Source of the DNA: an uncultured bacterium
GTDB taxonomy: Bacteria; Planctomycetota; UBA8108
Assembly (NCBI GenBank): GCA_913050545.1
Contig: CAJWZY010000001.1
Span: 1 to 26,956 of the forward strand
Direction: 5' to 3'
Length of the DNA stretch: 26,956 nt
The notes beneath the pieces were generated by a model. It made no database searches, had not been told where the DNA came from, and was given only the letters and a program-made list of their open reading frames with translations. Position 1 is the stretch's first letter; every line of letters begins with the position of its first letter. Below, piece by piece: positions 7,559 to 15,943 of the stretch. Both the position numbers and the translations under genes were made by a program.

Positions 7559-9385
7559 TTATTCCTCGAGGTCCTCGAGCTCTTTATCGAGGTCTTCAGG
7601 AATACCGCCTTCTTCAGGATCGCTGGCCTCTTCTTTGTCATCTTCCCCGCTGCTGTTCTGGATAGCCAGCTGGCTTTTGATGGACTCGATGTATTGCTCG
7701 GCCCTTTTTCGAATGGTGCCATCACCGTATTTAGCGGCCTGCGCGGCGACAGCAATAGCCTTCTGCGGCTCATCTCCAGCGAGATCCTGGATCTTCAACT
7801 CGTCCGTCTCCCACTGCTTGACCATGGCATTTTCAGCCTTGAAGAACATCTCGTCGATTTCTTTTTCATGCTTCTGCCCGTACTCATTTTCAGCATCACG
7901 GATCTTGTCCATGGCCGGGGCCCAGAGTCCGGTCGCGTAGAGATCATTGAAGGTTTTGACGTAGCTCTTGAAGCTGCCCTCTCTTCCTGTTTCAGCTTCT
8001 TTAGTAGCCGCCCTGTCTTCCTCTGCCCTTGCATGGACCTTGGCGTAGAGTGTGCTTAGCATCACCGCGCCGGGCTTGTTATAGAAACGGGCCTCGATCT
8101 GCTGTTCGAGATGGCCTTCTATCATGCTGGCACTCTCACGGGCCTCGAAGCGTCCTGTCTGGGTGAGATGGTATTTTTCGACCTCTGCGCGTTCGGTGTC
8201 ATACCGCTTTTTGAGGAGGTTTTTCCTCTTCTGGTTTTTCTCCTGCCCAATCACGAGGCTGCTGTCAGCGTTGGCCTCAAGTTGTTGATTGCTGGTCTTG
8301 TTGGTCATGACCAGCACGAGGCCTGCGATCACGACCCCGACCGCCGCCCCGCCCATGATGAAGGGGTGGCTCTTTCTGCTGCCGCTGCCCACCGCGTAAT
8401 CGATGTTCGCTTCCTCTTCGAACCGGTCTTCGAAGATATCCGCATCATCTCCGCGATCGATGAGCTGGCCAGAGAGCTGCGCTCCTGTCCCGGAGGATTT
8501 CCCCTTGCGGCTGCCGCCAAAGGACTTCTTTGTCTCGGGGCGTTTGAATTTGCCGGCTTTGCCGGGGCCTTTTGAGGTGGAGGTCTCGGTTTTCTTTTTG
8601 CTGAAGGAGGGGGGCTTGCGGCCAGTTCTTGTTGCAGGTTGCCCAGCCTTCTTTTCGGGGGTCCTGCTCCCGGTTTTTTCGGTGGATCCCTCAGCTCTCT
8701 TCTTTTTCGATGAGAACTTGATCTTGGGAGGGGAGGCTTTGATCTTGGGAGGGGAGGCTTTCTTTTTTTTCTTTGTGTCCGAGGCCTCGGAATTTTCTTC
8801 CTGTGGAGGCGCCGGCGGGGCGCCTTGCTCACTGCTGGCTCCCTGCCTCAGGCAGATCTTCAGGCGCCGCAGGAGTTCGGGGACGCTCTGGATCCTCTGC
8901 TCAGGGTTTTTTCTCAGGAGCTCCTGGATAGTACGGCTGAGCTCGGCGGAGATGCCGGTCCCCTTCTCTGCAGGGTCAGGGACATCTTCCTTCAGATGTG
9001 CCTTCAGGATGTCCTTGGGAGATTCTCCGTTGAAGGGCAACCCTCCTGTGGCGATCTCAAAAAGAGTACACCCGAGTGAGTAGAGGCTGGATTTGAAATC
9101 ACCTTCTTCACCACGTATTTCCTCGGGGGATGCGTGCTGGGGGAAGCTGGCGACAATCGGCAGTCCCAGGTCTGTTTCATCCGAAGGTGTGATGTCAATC
9201 TTACCGCTGGTGGTGATGATGATACGCCCGGTATGGAGAACAGGAGCTCTGCTGCCAGTCTCGGACTCCGATTCCTCGCCGATCATCTGGGCCAGTTGGA
9301 TGGCGAGTTTTGCCACCTGGGGACCGGGTAAAGGACCCTTGGTTTCAAGATATTCAGCCAGCTTGATCCCTGGTTTGTCTGTCAT
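7559..9385 (-). CDS. Membrane-anchored Ser/Thr kinase-like (pseudokinase) protein: kinase C-lobe, Lys-rich linker, one TM helix, helical extracytoplasmic domain
   Basis: Hanks-kinase subdomain VIII-XI motifs are present (QHASPEEIRG, SLYSLGCTLFEIATGGLPFNG, LLRKNPEQR) but HRD and DFG are absent. TM FIMGGAAVGVVIAGLVLVM at about 8307-8363. Confidence 0.75.
   Translation of the reverse strand: MTDKPGIKLAEYLETKGPLPGPQVAKLAIQLAQMIGEESESETGSRAPVLHTGRIIITTSGKIDITPSDETDLGLPIVASFPQHASPEEIRGEEGDFKSSLYSLGCTLFEIATGGLPFNGESPKDILKAHLKEDVPDPAEKGTGISAELSRTIQELLRKNPEQRIQSVPELLRRLKICLRQGASSEQGAPPAPPQEENSEASDTKKKKKASPPKIKASPPKIKFSSKKKRAEGSTEKTGSRTPEKKAGQPATRTGRKPPSFSKKKTETSTSKGPGKAGKFKRPETKKSFGGSRKGKSSGTGAQLSGQLIDRGDDADIFEDRFEEEANIDYAVGSGSRKSHPFIMGGAAVGVVIAGLVLVMTNKTSNQQLEANADSSLVIGQEKNQKRKNLLKKRYDTERAEVEKYHLTQTGRFEARESASMIEGHLEQQIEARFYNKPGAVMLSTLYAKVHARAEEDRAATKEAETGREGSFKSYVKTFNDLYATGLWAPAMDKIRDAENEYGQKHEKEIDEMFFKAENAMVKQWETDELKIQDLAGDEPQKAIAVAAQAAKYGDGTIRKRAEQYIESIKSQLAIQNSSGEDDKEEASDPEEGGIPEDLDKELEDLEE
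8718..8759. repeat. Exact 21-bp tandem duplication (encodes ASPPKIK x2)
   Basis: ttgatcttgggaggggaggct at 8718-8738 and 8739-8759. Confidence 0.9.
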
Positions 9386-9540
9386 TTTCGAAGCCTGTGG
9401 TTGTTCCTGGTGGAGTTTTGAGCACCCTTGGGGGAAAAGCCATCCCCGGCGCCAAGCTCTGCTTTTTCAGGGGCTCGATAGCGGTTCTCCAGGCAAATCG
9501 ACCCATGTCATTCGCCGTGAAGGAGCATTTCTGTTCCCAT

Positions 9541-10446
9541 TCATAATACTACCTTCTCGAGGATGACCGAAGTCATAAAAACGAGGCTGACAATGCCGTT
9601 GAGGGTAAAAAAGGCAAGATTGACCCTGGAAAGGTCTCCTGGCTTCACCAGGGACTGTTCGTATACAAGCAGCACAGCGACGGTGCCGGTCCCAATCCAG
9701 TAAAAGGTACCATATTCGGCTCTGAGTCCGAGGTTCACCAGCAGCGCGATCGCCAGCAGGTGAAACAGGCGGGAAATTAACAGGGCCCGGGGCAGGCCAA
9801 GCCTGGCGGGGATCGAATGGAGCCCTTCCCGGCGGTCAAAGTCGTAATCCTGGCAGGCGTAGATCACGTCGAAGCCTGCTGTCCAGAAGGCGACCGCCAG
9901 TCCCAGCAGGATGGGAAGGAGCTCTATTTCTCCGTGAACAGCCACCCAGACACCGACGGGAGAGAGTCCCAGTGCAACTCCGAGCAGAAGGTGGCACAGG
10001 GCGGTGAATCTCTTTGTATAGGAGTAGCCCAGCAAAACAGTGAGTGCGGCCGGGCAGAGATAGAGGGCGAGGTCGTTGATCCACCAGCAACAGAGAGCGA
10101 AAAGACAGCACGCCGTGATGGTCGCCCCCGCCATGAAGGTGCGGGAGAGGTCGCCGGCTGCTACCGCGCGTGAGCTCGTCCGCGGGTTCAGCGTGTCAAT
10201 ACGGGCATCGGCAAGGCGGTTGAAGCTCATCGCCGCCGTTCGCGCGAAGACGCAGGCCGCCACGATTTTTGCCAGCAGGAGCCAGGAAGTCTCCTCGCTG
10301 TCTGCCATGAAGAAGGCCGCGAGCGCGAAGGGCAGGGCAAAGATGGAATGGGAAAACTTGATCGATTCAAGAAAGAGTCCAGCCCTGCCCTGTTGGCGAG
10401 TTTCACTTTTTTGCAGCCCGCCCGGGCTCTCATCCTGGATGGTCAT
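9541..10446 (-). CDS. ubiA: UbiA-family prenyltransferase (4-hydroxybenzoate polyprenyltransferase-like / MqnP type)
   Basis: IKFSHSIFALPFAL, ARTAAMSFNRLADARIDTLNPRT, YSYTKRFT and AGFDVIYACQDYDFD (Asp-rich motifs); multi-TM. Confidence 0.9.
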   Translation of the reverse strand: MTIQDESPGGLQKSETRQQGRAGLFLESIKFSHSIFALPFALAAFFMADSEETSWLLLAKIVAACVFARTAAMSFNRLADARIDTLNPRTSSRAVAAGDLSRTFMAGATITACCLFALCCWWINDLALYLCPAALTVLLGYSYTKRFTALCHLLLGVALGLSPVGVWVAVHGEIELLPILLGLAVAFWTAGFDVIYACQDYDFDRREGLHSIPARLGLPRALLISRLFHLLAIALLVNLGLRAEYGTFYWIGTGTVAVLLVYEQSLVKPGDLSRVNLAFFTLNGIVSLVFMTSVILEKVVL

Positions 10447-10452
10447 GCCGTC

Positions 10453-11061
10453 TCATTCTCCCCAGCGGTCAATCAGCTGGTTGTCAAGCTCCAGGGCATC
10501 GAGGATCCGCGAGACGATGAAGTCGACGCTGTCTTCGAGAGTCTTCGGATGCTGGTAGAAGGCAGGTGAAGGAGGCAGGATCACAGCCCCGGCTTGTGAG
10601 AGCTTGAGCAGGTTCTCGAGGTGGATTGTAGAGAAGGGCGTCTCACGCGGGACCAACACGAGCTTCCGCCTCTCCTTCAGGCAGACATCCGCTCCCCGGT
10701 GGATCACGTTGATGGAAACTCCACTGGCTATTGCGCCAACGGTACCCATCGAGGCTGGAACGACGACCATTCCCTGGAAACGGAAGGTTCCACTGCAGAA
10801 GGGAGCGTTGAAATCCTTCTCGGCAACCAGCTCGAGCAGATCCCTGTTCACATCGCCCCAGGGATCCTCGCCGGCGTCGATGGTGAGCTCCTGCTTGATA
10901 ACCAGCCGGGCAGCCGAGCTCATGGCCAGCAACACACGTCGCTCACTTCTGAGCAGGTGCTGGACAAGTTTCTGTGCGTAGACAATTCCGGAGGCGCCGG
11001 TTACCCCGACGATGACCGGGAGCTTCTCCCTGTTGCCGGCAGTTGTTTCTTTCTCAGTCAT
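10453..11061 (-). CDS. ubiX: Flavin prenyltransferase UbiX
   Basis: IVGVTGASG, APFCSGT, VVPASMGT, RGADVCLKERRKLVLVPRETP, ILPPSPAFY. Confidence 0.95.
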   Translation of the reverse strand: MTEKETTAGNREKLPVIVGVTGASGIVYAQKLVQHLLRSERRVLLAMSSAARLVIKQELTIDAGEDPWGDVNRDLLELVAEKDFNAPFCSGTFRFQGMVVVPASMGTVGAIASGVSINVIHRGADVCLKERRKLVLVPRETPFSTIHLENLLKLSQAGAVILPPSPAFYQHPKTLEDSVDFIVSRILDALELDNQLIDRWGE

Positions 11062-11930
11062 GAGCCTGCTTCCGTTGAAGGGTCTTCCATTAGTTCGGAT
11101 GGTTCCCCGGCTGCTGCGTTTTCCAGGTGCCAGAGGAGCGAGCGGTCTGAACAGGCCACCTCGTTGTCACCTGACAACAGGATAGCGAGTGGATCGGGGT
11201 CGTTGAGGAAATCTTCCACCTGTCGGAGGTATCCCGATCCAGGCATCCAGCCCAGCAGCTTCTCAAGCAGTCGAAGGTAGTTCTCCAGGCTATTATCCGA
11301 TTTGTTTTCTCCCAGGCACGAGTAATCGAACTCATCTTTATCGATTTTAAGCACCGCCAAGGGGTTCGTTGAGTAGAGCCTGAGCTGAAACGCGAGGTCT
11401 TTTAATCCAGGGTCATTGAGACGTTCGACAAGCACCTGCAGCCTGCGCTGGCATTCTTCCTCCTGGTGACTCTCACGGGGGGACTCCAGGGTGGAGCTGT
11501 GTAGTGGGCTTGCGGCGGTGTCTTCTTCCTCGGCTGCAGGGTTTTCCGGCAGCAGGGCTATCGCCCGGATCCCTGAGAGGCTTGACCTCGGGACAGGCAT
11601 TCTCTTTCCGCTCGGGGTTTGTGCGATCAATTCCCCGTCGTTGAAATCGAGACCGCTTGTTCGCCGGGGGCGCGGCAGGTTTTCAAGTTCAGCACTGTGA
11701 ACGATGCTGCCGGTTGCGCCGAGAGGCTTGATCGTTGCCGCCAGCTTCTCCAGCTTCCCGTAGCTTTCCCTGTTTGCGAGTACACCTCCTCCATAAAGTG
11801 CCCGGGGCAGGGCCTCACTGCGATGGAGTCCGAGCTCGTCCTGGAGAGCGGTCGCTATTTTCTCCGCCTCCACAGCGGTACCCGGTGGCAGGAGGAGGGA
11901 GTAGAGCAGCAGGTCTTCACCGTCTTGCAT
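11058..11930 (-). CDS. Hypothetical soluble protein embedded in the quinone cluster
   Basis: Long ORF overlapping both the ubiE stop (14 nt with ATG 11930) and the ubiX start (4-nt ATGA overlap); no recognisable catalytic motif. ORF track start 11975 is probably too far upstream. Confidence 0.65.
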   Translation of the reverse strand: MQDGEDLLLYSLLLPPGTAVEAEKIATALQDELGLHRSEALPRALYGGGVLANRESYGKLEKLAATIKPLGATGSIVHSAELENLPRPRRTSGLDFNDGELIAQTPSGKRMPVPRSSLSGIRAIALLPENPAAEEEDTAASPLHSSTLESPRESHQEEECQRRLQVLVERLNDPGLKDLAFQLRLYSTNPLAVLKIDKDEFDYSCLGENKSDNSLENYLRLLEKLLGWMPGSGYLRQVEDFLNDPDPLAILLSGDNEVACSDRSLLWHLENAAAGEPSELMEDPSTEAGS

Positions 11931-12705
11931 GGGATACCTGTTCAGTCTCCGTACGGCAACCGAGGTGGAGAGCAACGATCCCCGCTGTCATCCGGTGATG
12001 TCGCACCGAGTCGAAGCCGGCCTTGCGGATCAGCTCTTCGAGCTCCTGCGGTCCCGGGAACTCTTTAACTGAAGCGGGGAGGTAGGAATAGGCCTCCGCT
12101 CCTTTCGAGCTGCGCGAGAAGATCCTCCCGAGCCACGGCAGGATACGGAGAAAATACAAGGCAAAGAGGCTGCGCAGGATAGCTCCGCGGGGGGGCGTGA
12201 ATTCCAGCAGGGCGATTCGCCCACCTGGCTTGAGGACCCTCCTGAGCTCGAGAAGGCCAGCCTCGAGATCGCAGAGGTTCCTGATTCCGAAGGCCACTGT
12301 GGCACCATCGAATGTTTCGTCTGCAAAGGGCAGGTTGAGGGTGTCTGCAAGGAGGAGGGTGCAGCGGTCCTCTTTTTTCTTCAGCCGCTTTTGTTCTCCC
12401 AGGCAGACCATCTCGGCACAGAAATCGGTTCCGATGACGTGGCCGCCTGAGTCCGTGTCGACATAGCCGCTGAGCTCAAGGGCCAGGTCGGCTGTGCCCG
12501 TACAGGCATCGAGAATCAGTTCATTCCCTGCAGGCGCCAGCTCACGAGCCGCTCTTCTGCGCCAGCTGCGGTCCCTGTTAAGGCTCAGCAGGTGGTTGAG
12601 AAAGTCGTATCGCCTCGAGATGCCCGAGAACATCCCCCGGATCCGTTCACGGTCTTTCGATAAATCCACGGTTGCTGGAGGGGGTTTTGTTGAAGACTTG
12701 GACAT
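11917..12705 (-). CDS. ubiE: Ubiquinone/menaquinone biosynthesis C-methyltransferase (UbiE/MenG)
   Basis: RYDFLNHLLSL, ILDACTGTADLA (SAM motif I), LPFADETFDGATVAFGIRN, YSYLPASVKEFP. Confidence 0.95.
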   Translation of the reverse strand: MSKSSTKPPPATVDLSKDRERIRGMFSGISRRYDFLNHLLSLNRDRSWRRRAARELAPAGNELILDACTGTADLALELSGYVDTDSGGHVIGTDFCAEMVCLGEQKRLKKKEDRCTLLLADTLNLPFADETFDGATVAFGIRNLCDLEAGLLELRRVLKPGGRIALLEFTPPRGAILRSLFALYFLRILPWLGRIFSRSSKGAEAYSYLPASVKEFPGPQELEELIRKAGFDSVRHHRMTAGIVALHLGCRTETEQVSHARR

Positions 12706-12774
12706 TGGGCTGCGTCATACTTAATGTGGATTGCGCAGGAAGCAAGTATCCTAACCCATGGGGAGGAAACATCC

Positions 12775-13773
12775 ATGCGGCAGGCTTCGGCACGGTCGGT
12801 CGGTTCTCAGCAGGGGCGGAGTGTATTTTTTCTGCCGGTGATTACATCTCTCTTCTTTGGTCTCTTTTTTGCCACTGCGGCAGGCCTTGGAGCCCTGGAG
12901 GTGAAGCGGGCCGATGACCCCGTAGTGGTCAAGCTCGGCGGGGTGGAGTGGCAGGGCATTGAGCAGGGGCTGGCCGGTATTCGCCAGCGCTACAAGCCTG
13001 CCCTGGTCTGGTATTCCGGCAGCTCAGGCAAGGCTGACCTGGGCCTTCTCAAGCGGCTGGAAAGTTCCTCGTTTCGACGGCTTGTTCAGAAATATATCCT
13101 GATCCGCCTCACTCCTGATGACCTGAAAAAGACCTATTCGCCCAGGCCTGAAGGCCCCCGGACAAGGAAGGCAGGCAAGAAGCGCCCTGCGGTTAAGCCT
13201 CTTCCTGCCGCAGCCGACGGCCCGACGGTTTCTGCTGAACTTCGCCTGCCGCCGGGAGACCCGGCCCTGGTGGTTCTCGATTTCCGCGAACGCCTCATCG
13301 AGCGATACGACAGGGAGCTCCCGGGGAAGGATACCCTGAGCTCCCGCCTCAAGAAGATCCTCAAGATCAGCGATCACTACGCCCGCCAGGGCATTCCTTT
13401 TGAAAAGCTCCTCCTGGAATCGAAGGATGCCTTGAAGCTCGGCAACAAGCGGATTGCAGTTCTCAAGGTCAGGGATCTCGAGAGTCCCTCCCTGCGCAAG
13501 AGGATGGACCCTGTCCTGCAGTCCTGGGTTGCCACGGTTATACGGGATTACAGGCAGGCAGCTCGCAAGGCGCTGGAGAAGGCCATCGCGCTCGAGAAGG
13601 AGGGCGACAAGCTCAAATCCGATAGCGGGTTGAAGTACACCAAGGCCATCGATGCCTTTGAGAAGGTGTCGAAGGATTATCCTTTCAAGGACATCATGGT
13701 TGAGGCGAACCGGCACTCCGGAGACATTCTCCGGAAGATGACGGCTTTCGGTAACAATCCCTTCCCGAGGTAG
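12775..13773 (+). CDS. Exported hypothetical protein, thioredoxin-like fold without CxxC plus C-terminal helical region
   Basis: SD GGAGG 12762-12766 before ATG 12775. Signal-like hydrophobic segment. VEWQGIEQGLAGIRQRYKPALVWYS resembles the start of thioredoxin-like domains; no Cys in the protein. Confidence 0.6.
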   Translation: MRQASARSVGSQQGRSVFFLPVITSLFFGLFFATAAGLGALEVKRADDPVVVKLGGVEWQGIEQGLAGIRQRYKPALVWYSGSSGKADLGLLKRLESSSFRRLVQKYILIRLTPDDLKKTYSPRPEGPRTRKAGKKRPAVKPLPAAADGPTVSAELRLPPGDPALVVLDFRERLIERYDRELPGKDTLSSRLKKILKISDHYARQGIPFEKLLLESKDALKLGNKRIAVLKVRDLESPSLRKRMDPVLQSWVATVIRDYRQAARKALEKAIALEKEGDKLKSDSGLKYTKAIDAFEKVSKDYPFKDIMVEANRHSGDILRKMTAFGNNPFPR

Positions 13774-13790
13774 ACTGGAAACCGCAGCCA

Positions 13791-14717
13791 ATGAATCCAG
13801 GTTCTCCATCTCGTGCGGAAGAGGATCTTCCCTCAACGGAGTCTGAGAACCCTGCATCGAGGGGGCTCGATTCCAGGACGGCCCGTGAGATTGCAGGGGT
13901 TATCCATGCCGAGGATCTCAAGGCCTGGGAGTCCCTGCACTCCGAGCTCGACACCATCGCTGAGGTGGTGGACGTGGTGGCGGAGGCTTTTGACCGGGGA
14001 GGCCGCCTCATCTATCTTGGTGCCGGCACCAGTGGGCGCCTTGGTGTTCTCGATGCTTCTGAATGCCCGCCTACCTTTGGTGTAGAGCCAGGGCTGGTGG
14101 AGGGTTTCATAGCAGGTGGCGACCGCGCCCTGCGCTGCGCTGTTGAAGGAGCGGAAGATTCTTCAGAGGACGGCTCCAGGATTATCAGCGAGGCGGCTGT
14201 TGGGGAGCGTGATGTCGTCTGCGGGATTTCAGCCAGCGGCCGGGCTCCCTTCGTCCAGGGAGGCCTCGAGGAGGCCCGGGCCAGGGGTGCGGTGACAGTC
14301 CTGGTTGCAGCCGACGGTGGCCTCAGGGAGATGTCCGCGGGGCCCGACTGGGATCACCTGGTCATCATTGATGTGGGGCCGGAGTGCATCGCGGGCTCCA
14401 CCAGGATGAAGGCCGGGACAGCCACCAAGATGGTACTGAATATCATCACCACGGCGGCGATGGTTCGCTGGGGGAAGGTCTATGACAACCTCATGGTCGA
14501 CCTGGTCGCGGCCAACGAAAAGCTCAGGCACCGTTCGCGGCGCCTGGTTGAGCAGATTGCCGGGGTCGATTCGAGGCGGGCGCTTGAGCTCCTGGGGGAA
14601 GCCGACGGCAGCGTCAAGCTGGCGATTGTCATGGGGCGAAGGGGCTTGGATCCGGTTGCCGCCGGTGATCTCCTGGCGGCTCACAAGGGCCATCTGCGTC
14701 CTGCCCTTGAAGAGTAG
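13791..14717 (+). CDS. murQ: N-acetylmuramic acid 6-phosphate etherase
   Basis: YLGAGTSGRLGVLDASECPPTFG, GISASGRAPFV, GSTRMKAGTATKMVLN, VYDNLMVDL. Confidence 0.95.
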   Translation: MNPGSPSRAEEDLPSTESENPASRGLDSRTAREIAGVIHAEDLKAWESLHSELDTIAEVVDVVAEAFDRGGRLIYLGAGTSGRLGVLDASECPPTFGVEPGLVEGFIAGGDRALRCAVEGAEDSSEDGSRIISEAAVGERDVVCGISASGRAPFVQGGLEEARARGAVTVLVAADGGLREMSAGPDWDHLVIIDVGPECIAGSTRMKAGTATKMVLNIITTAAMVRWGKVYDNLMVDLVAANEKLRHRSRRLVEQIAGVDSRRALELLGEADGSVKLAIVMGRRGLDPVAAGDLLAAHKGHLRPALEE

Positions 14718-14733
14718 GGGGTCTCTCGATTCT

Positions 14734-14802
14734 GTAAGTCTCTTCCGGGGAAACGACTTGCGGCAACCTGCCCGGCTCAATTGGATGCCTTTCGCAAGTC
14801 GT
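14734..14802. promoter_or_regulatory. Intergenic overlapping inverted repeats (possible operator or alternative hairpins)
   Basis: GTAAGTC(14734-40)-N14-GACTTGC(14755-61), plus a perfect 10-bp inverted repeat ACGACTTGCG (14753-62) / CGCAAGTCGT (14793-802). Confidence 0.45.
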
Positions 14803-14863
14803 GGTATCCTCTTGCATTGGATTTTTATTCTCTTTTGAGTCGCTTCGCGCGGGGAATTGCAGA

Positions 14864-15220
14864 ATGCCGGTTTATGAAACTCATGCAGCGGATGCTTTTG
14901 GCACCAACTGGAAGGGTGAAATTGCCGCCAGGGTAAATGATATCCTGAAGCGCAGCACGGGCGAGGTTACGCATAAACTCGAGGAGATCTCTGCCTTTAT
15001 CGAGAGAGGACTGGCCAATGCCCTTTCTCCTCAGCAGCTGAAGTCTTCTATCAAGGGATTGCTCAGGTCCCTGAAAAACCGGCAGAAAGAAAGCTCAGGG
15101 GGGCAGGCCGAGGCAGAGCTCGAAGTTTTTTTCGAGCAGATTGCGCACTACCGCAATAACAACCGGATCGAAGAGTATTCGTCCTTTCTCTTCTCGGTAG
15201 ATCTGGACCTCGAAATCTGA
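14864..15220 (+). CDS. Small helical hypothetical protein (118 aa)
   Basis: Fills the gap after murQ; ATG 14864 preceded by a purine-rich stretch; no known motif. Confidence 0.55.
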   Translation: MPVYETHAADAFGTNWKGEIAARVNDILKRSTGEVTHKLEEISAFIERGLANALSPQQLKSSIKGLLRSLKNRQKESSGGQAEAELEVFFEQIAHYRNNNRIEEYSSFLFSVDLDLEI

Positions 15221-15430
15221 GGAGTATTCGGCAGGATCGCCAGGAACGTGCTCGCGGTAATGTCGCGAAGCCAGGTTGCCGGCGGCAGGGGGGCAGGAAG
15301 TGAATACCAGGGAAGTGCAGCAGTTGAAGAGCGCGAGCGATTCGTCCAGTTGGATCCGGCTCCCGGGAGCTTTTCCTCCAGGGTGCCTTGCCCGGGTCAG
15401 TCTGCAGAAACAGGGGAGGTAGAGGTAGAA

Positions 15431-15943
15431 ATGAAGACTCTTAAAAATGCCGGGACTCTTGCCCTTGTGCTGCTTGCCGGTGCCGGCGGGTATTTTCTCT
15501 TTTTCCCCAACGGGCTGGAAATAGAGGTCGAGCAACAAGGCAAGCGAATCGATGATGTGGAGGATAAGGCCCAGGTGCAGCAGGGCCGGATTACAGGGAA
15601 CACTGATGATATCGAGCTTCTCAAGAAGGAGGTCGCGGCTGCCCGGCAGAGTCTCATCGAGGTAAGGGGAGCACTCGACCAGGCGAAACAGCGCCTGGGA
15701 GCGGCCGAGGCTGATTTGAAGAAGGTTGTCGAGGGCGCTCTGAAAAGTGATGAGCAGGTCACCACGCTTAGCCAGCGGGTTGAGAAACTCTCCCGGCAGC
15801 AGGAGAACCTCTCCGGGGAGCTCCAACGCCGGGCACTCAAGGTGCAGACGCTCGATGAGCGCCTCAAGATCCATGCGCTCGAGACTGACCGCCGCCTGCG
15901 ATTGCTCGAGGACAAGGCCGGGCTGAGGCAGCCTAGGCCCTGA
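15431..15943 (+). CDS. Membrane-anchored coiled-coil protein
   Basis: GGAGGT/GAGGT SD-like sequence before ATG 15431. MKTLKNAGTLALVLLAGAGGYFLFF is a signal/anchor followed by about 140 aa of heptad-rich sequence. Confidence 0.7.
   Translation: MKTLKNAGTLALVLLAGAGGYFLFFPNGLEIEVEQQGKRIDDVEDKAQVQQGRITGNTDDIELLKKEVAAARQSLIEVRGALDQAKQRLGAAEADLKKVVEGALKSDEQVTTLSQRVEKLSRQQENLSGELQRRALKVQTLDERLKIHALETDRRLRLLEDKAGLRQPRP

Noticed and set aside
9431-9447. Hairpin GGGGA-N7-TCCCC; on the - strand GGGGAUGGCUUUUCCCC resembles the 5' part of a fluoride riboswitch
   Set aside because: The downstream UGAUG/pseudoknot partner and P2 stem are missing, there is no fluoride-related gene downstream, and no U-tract supports a terminator.
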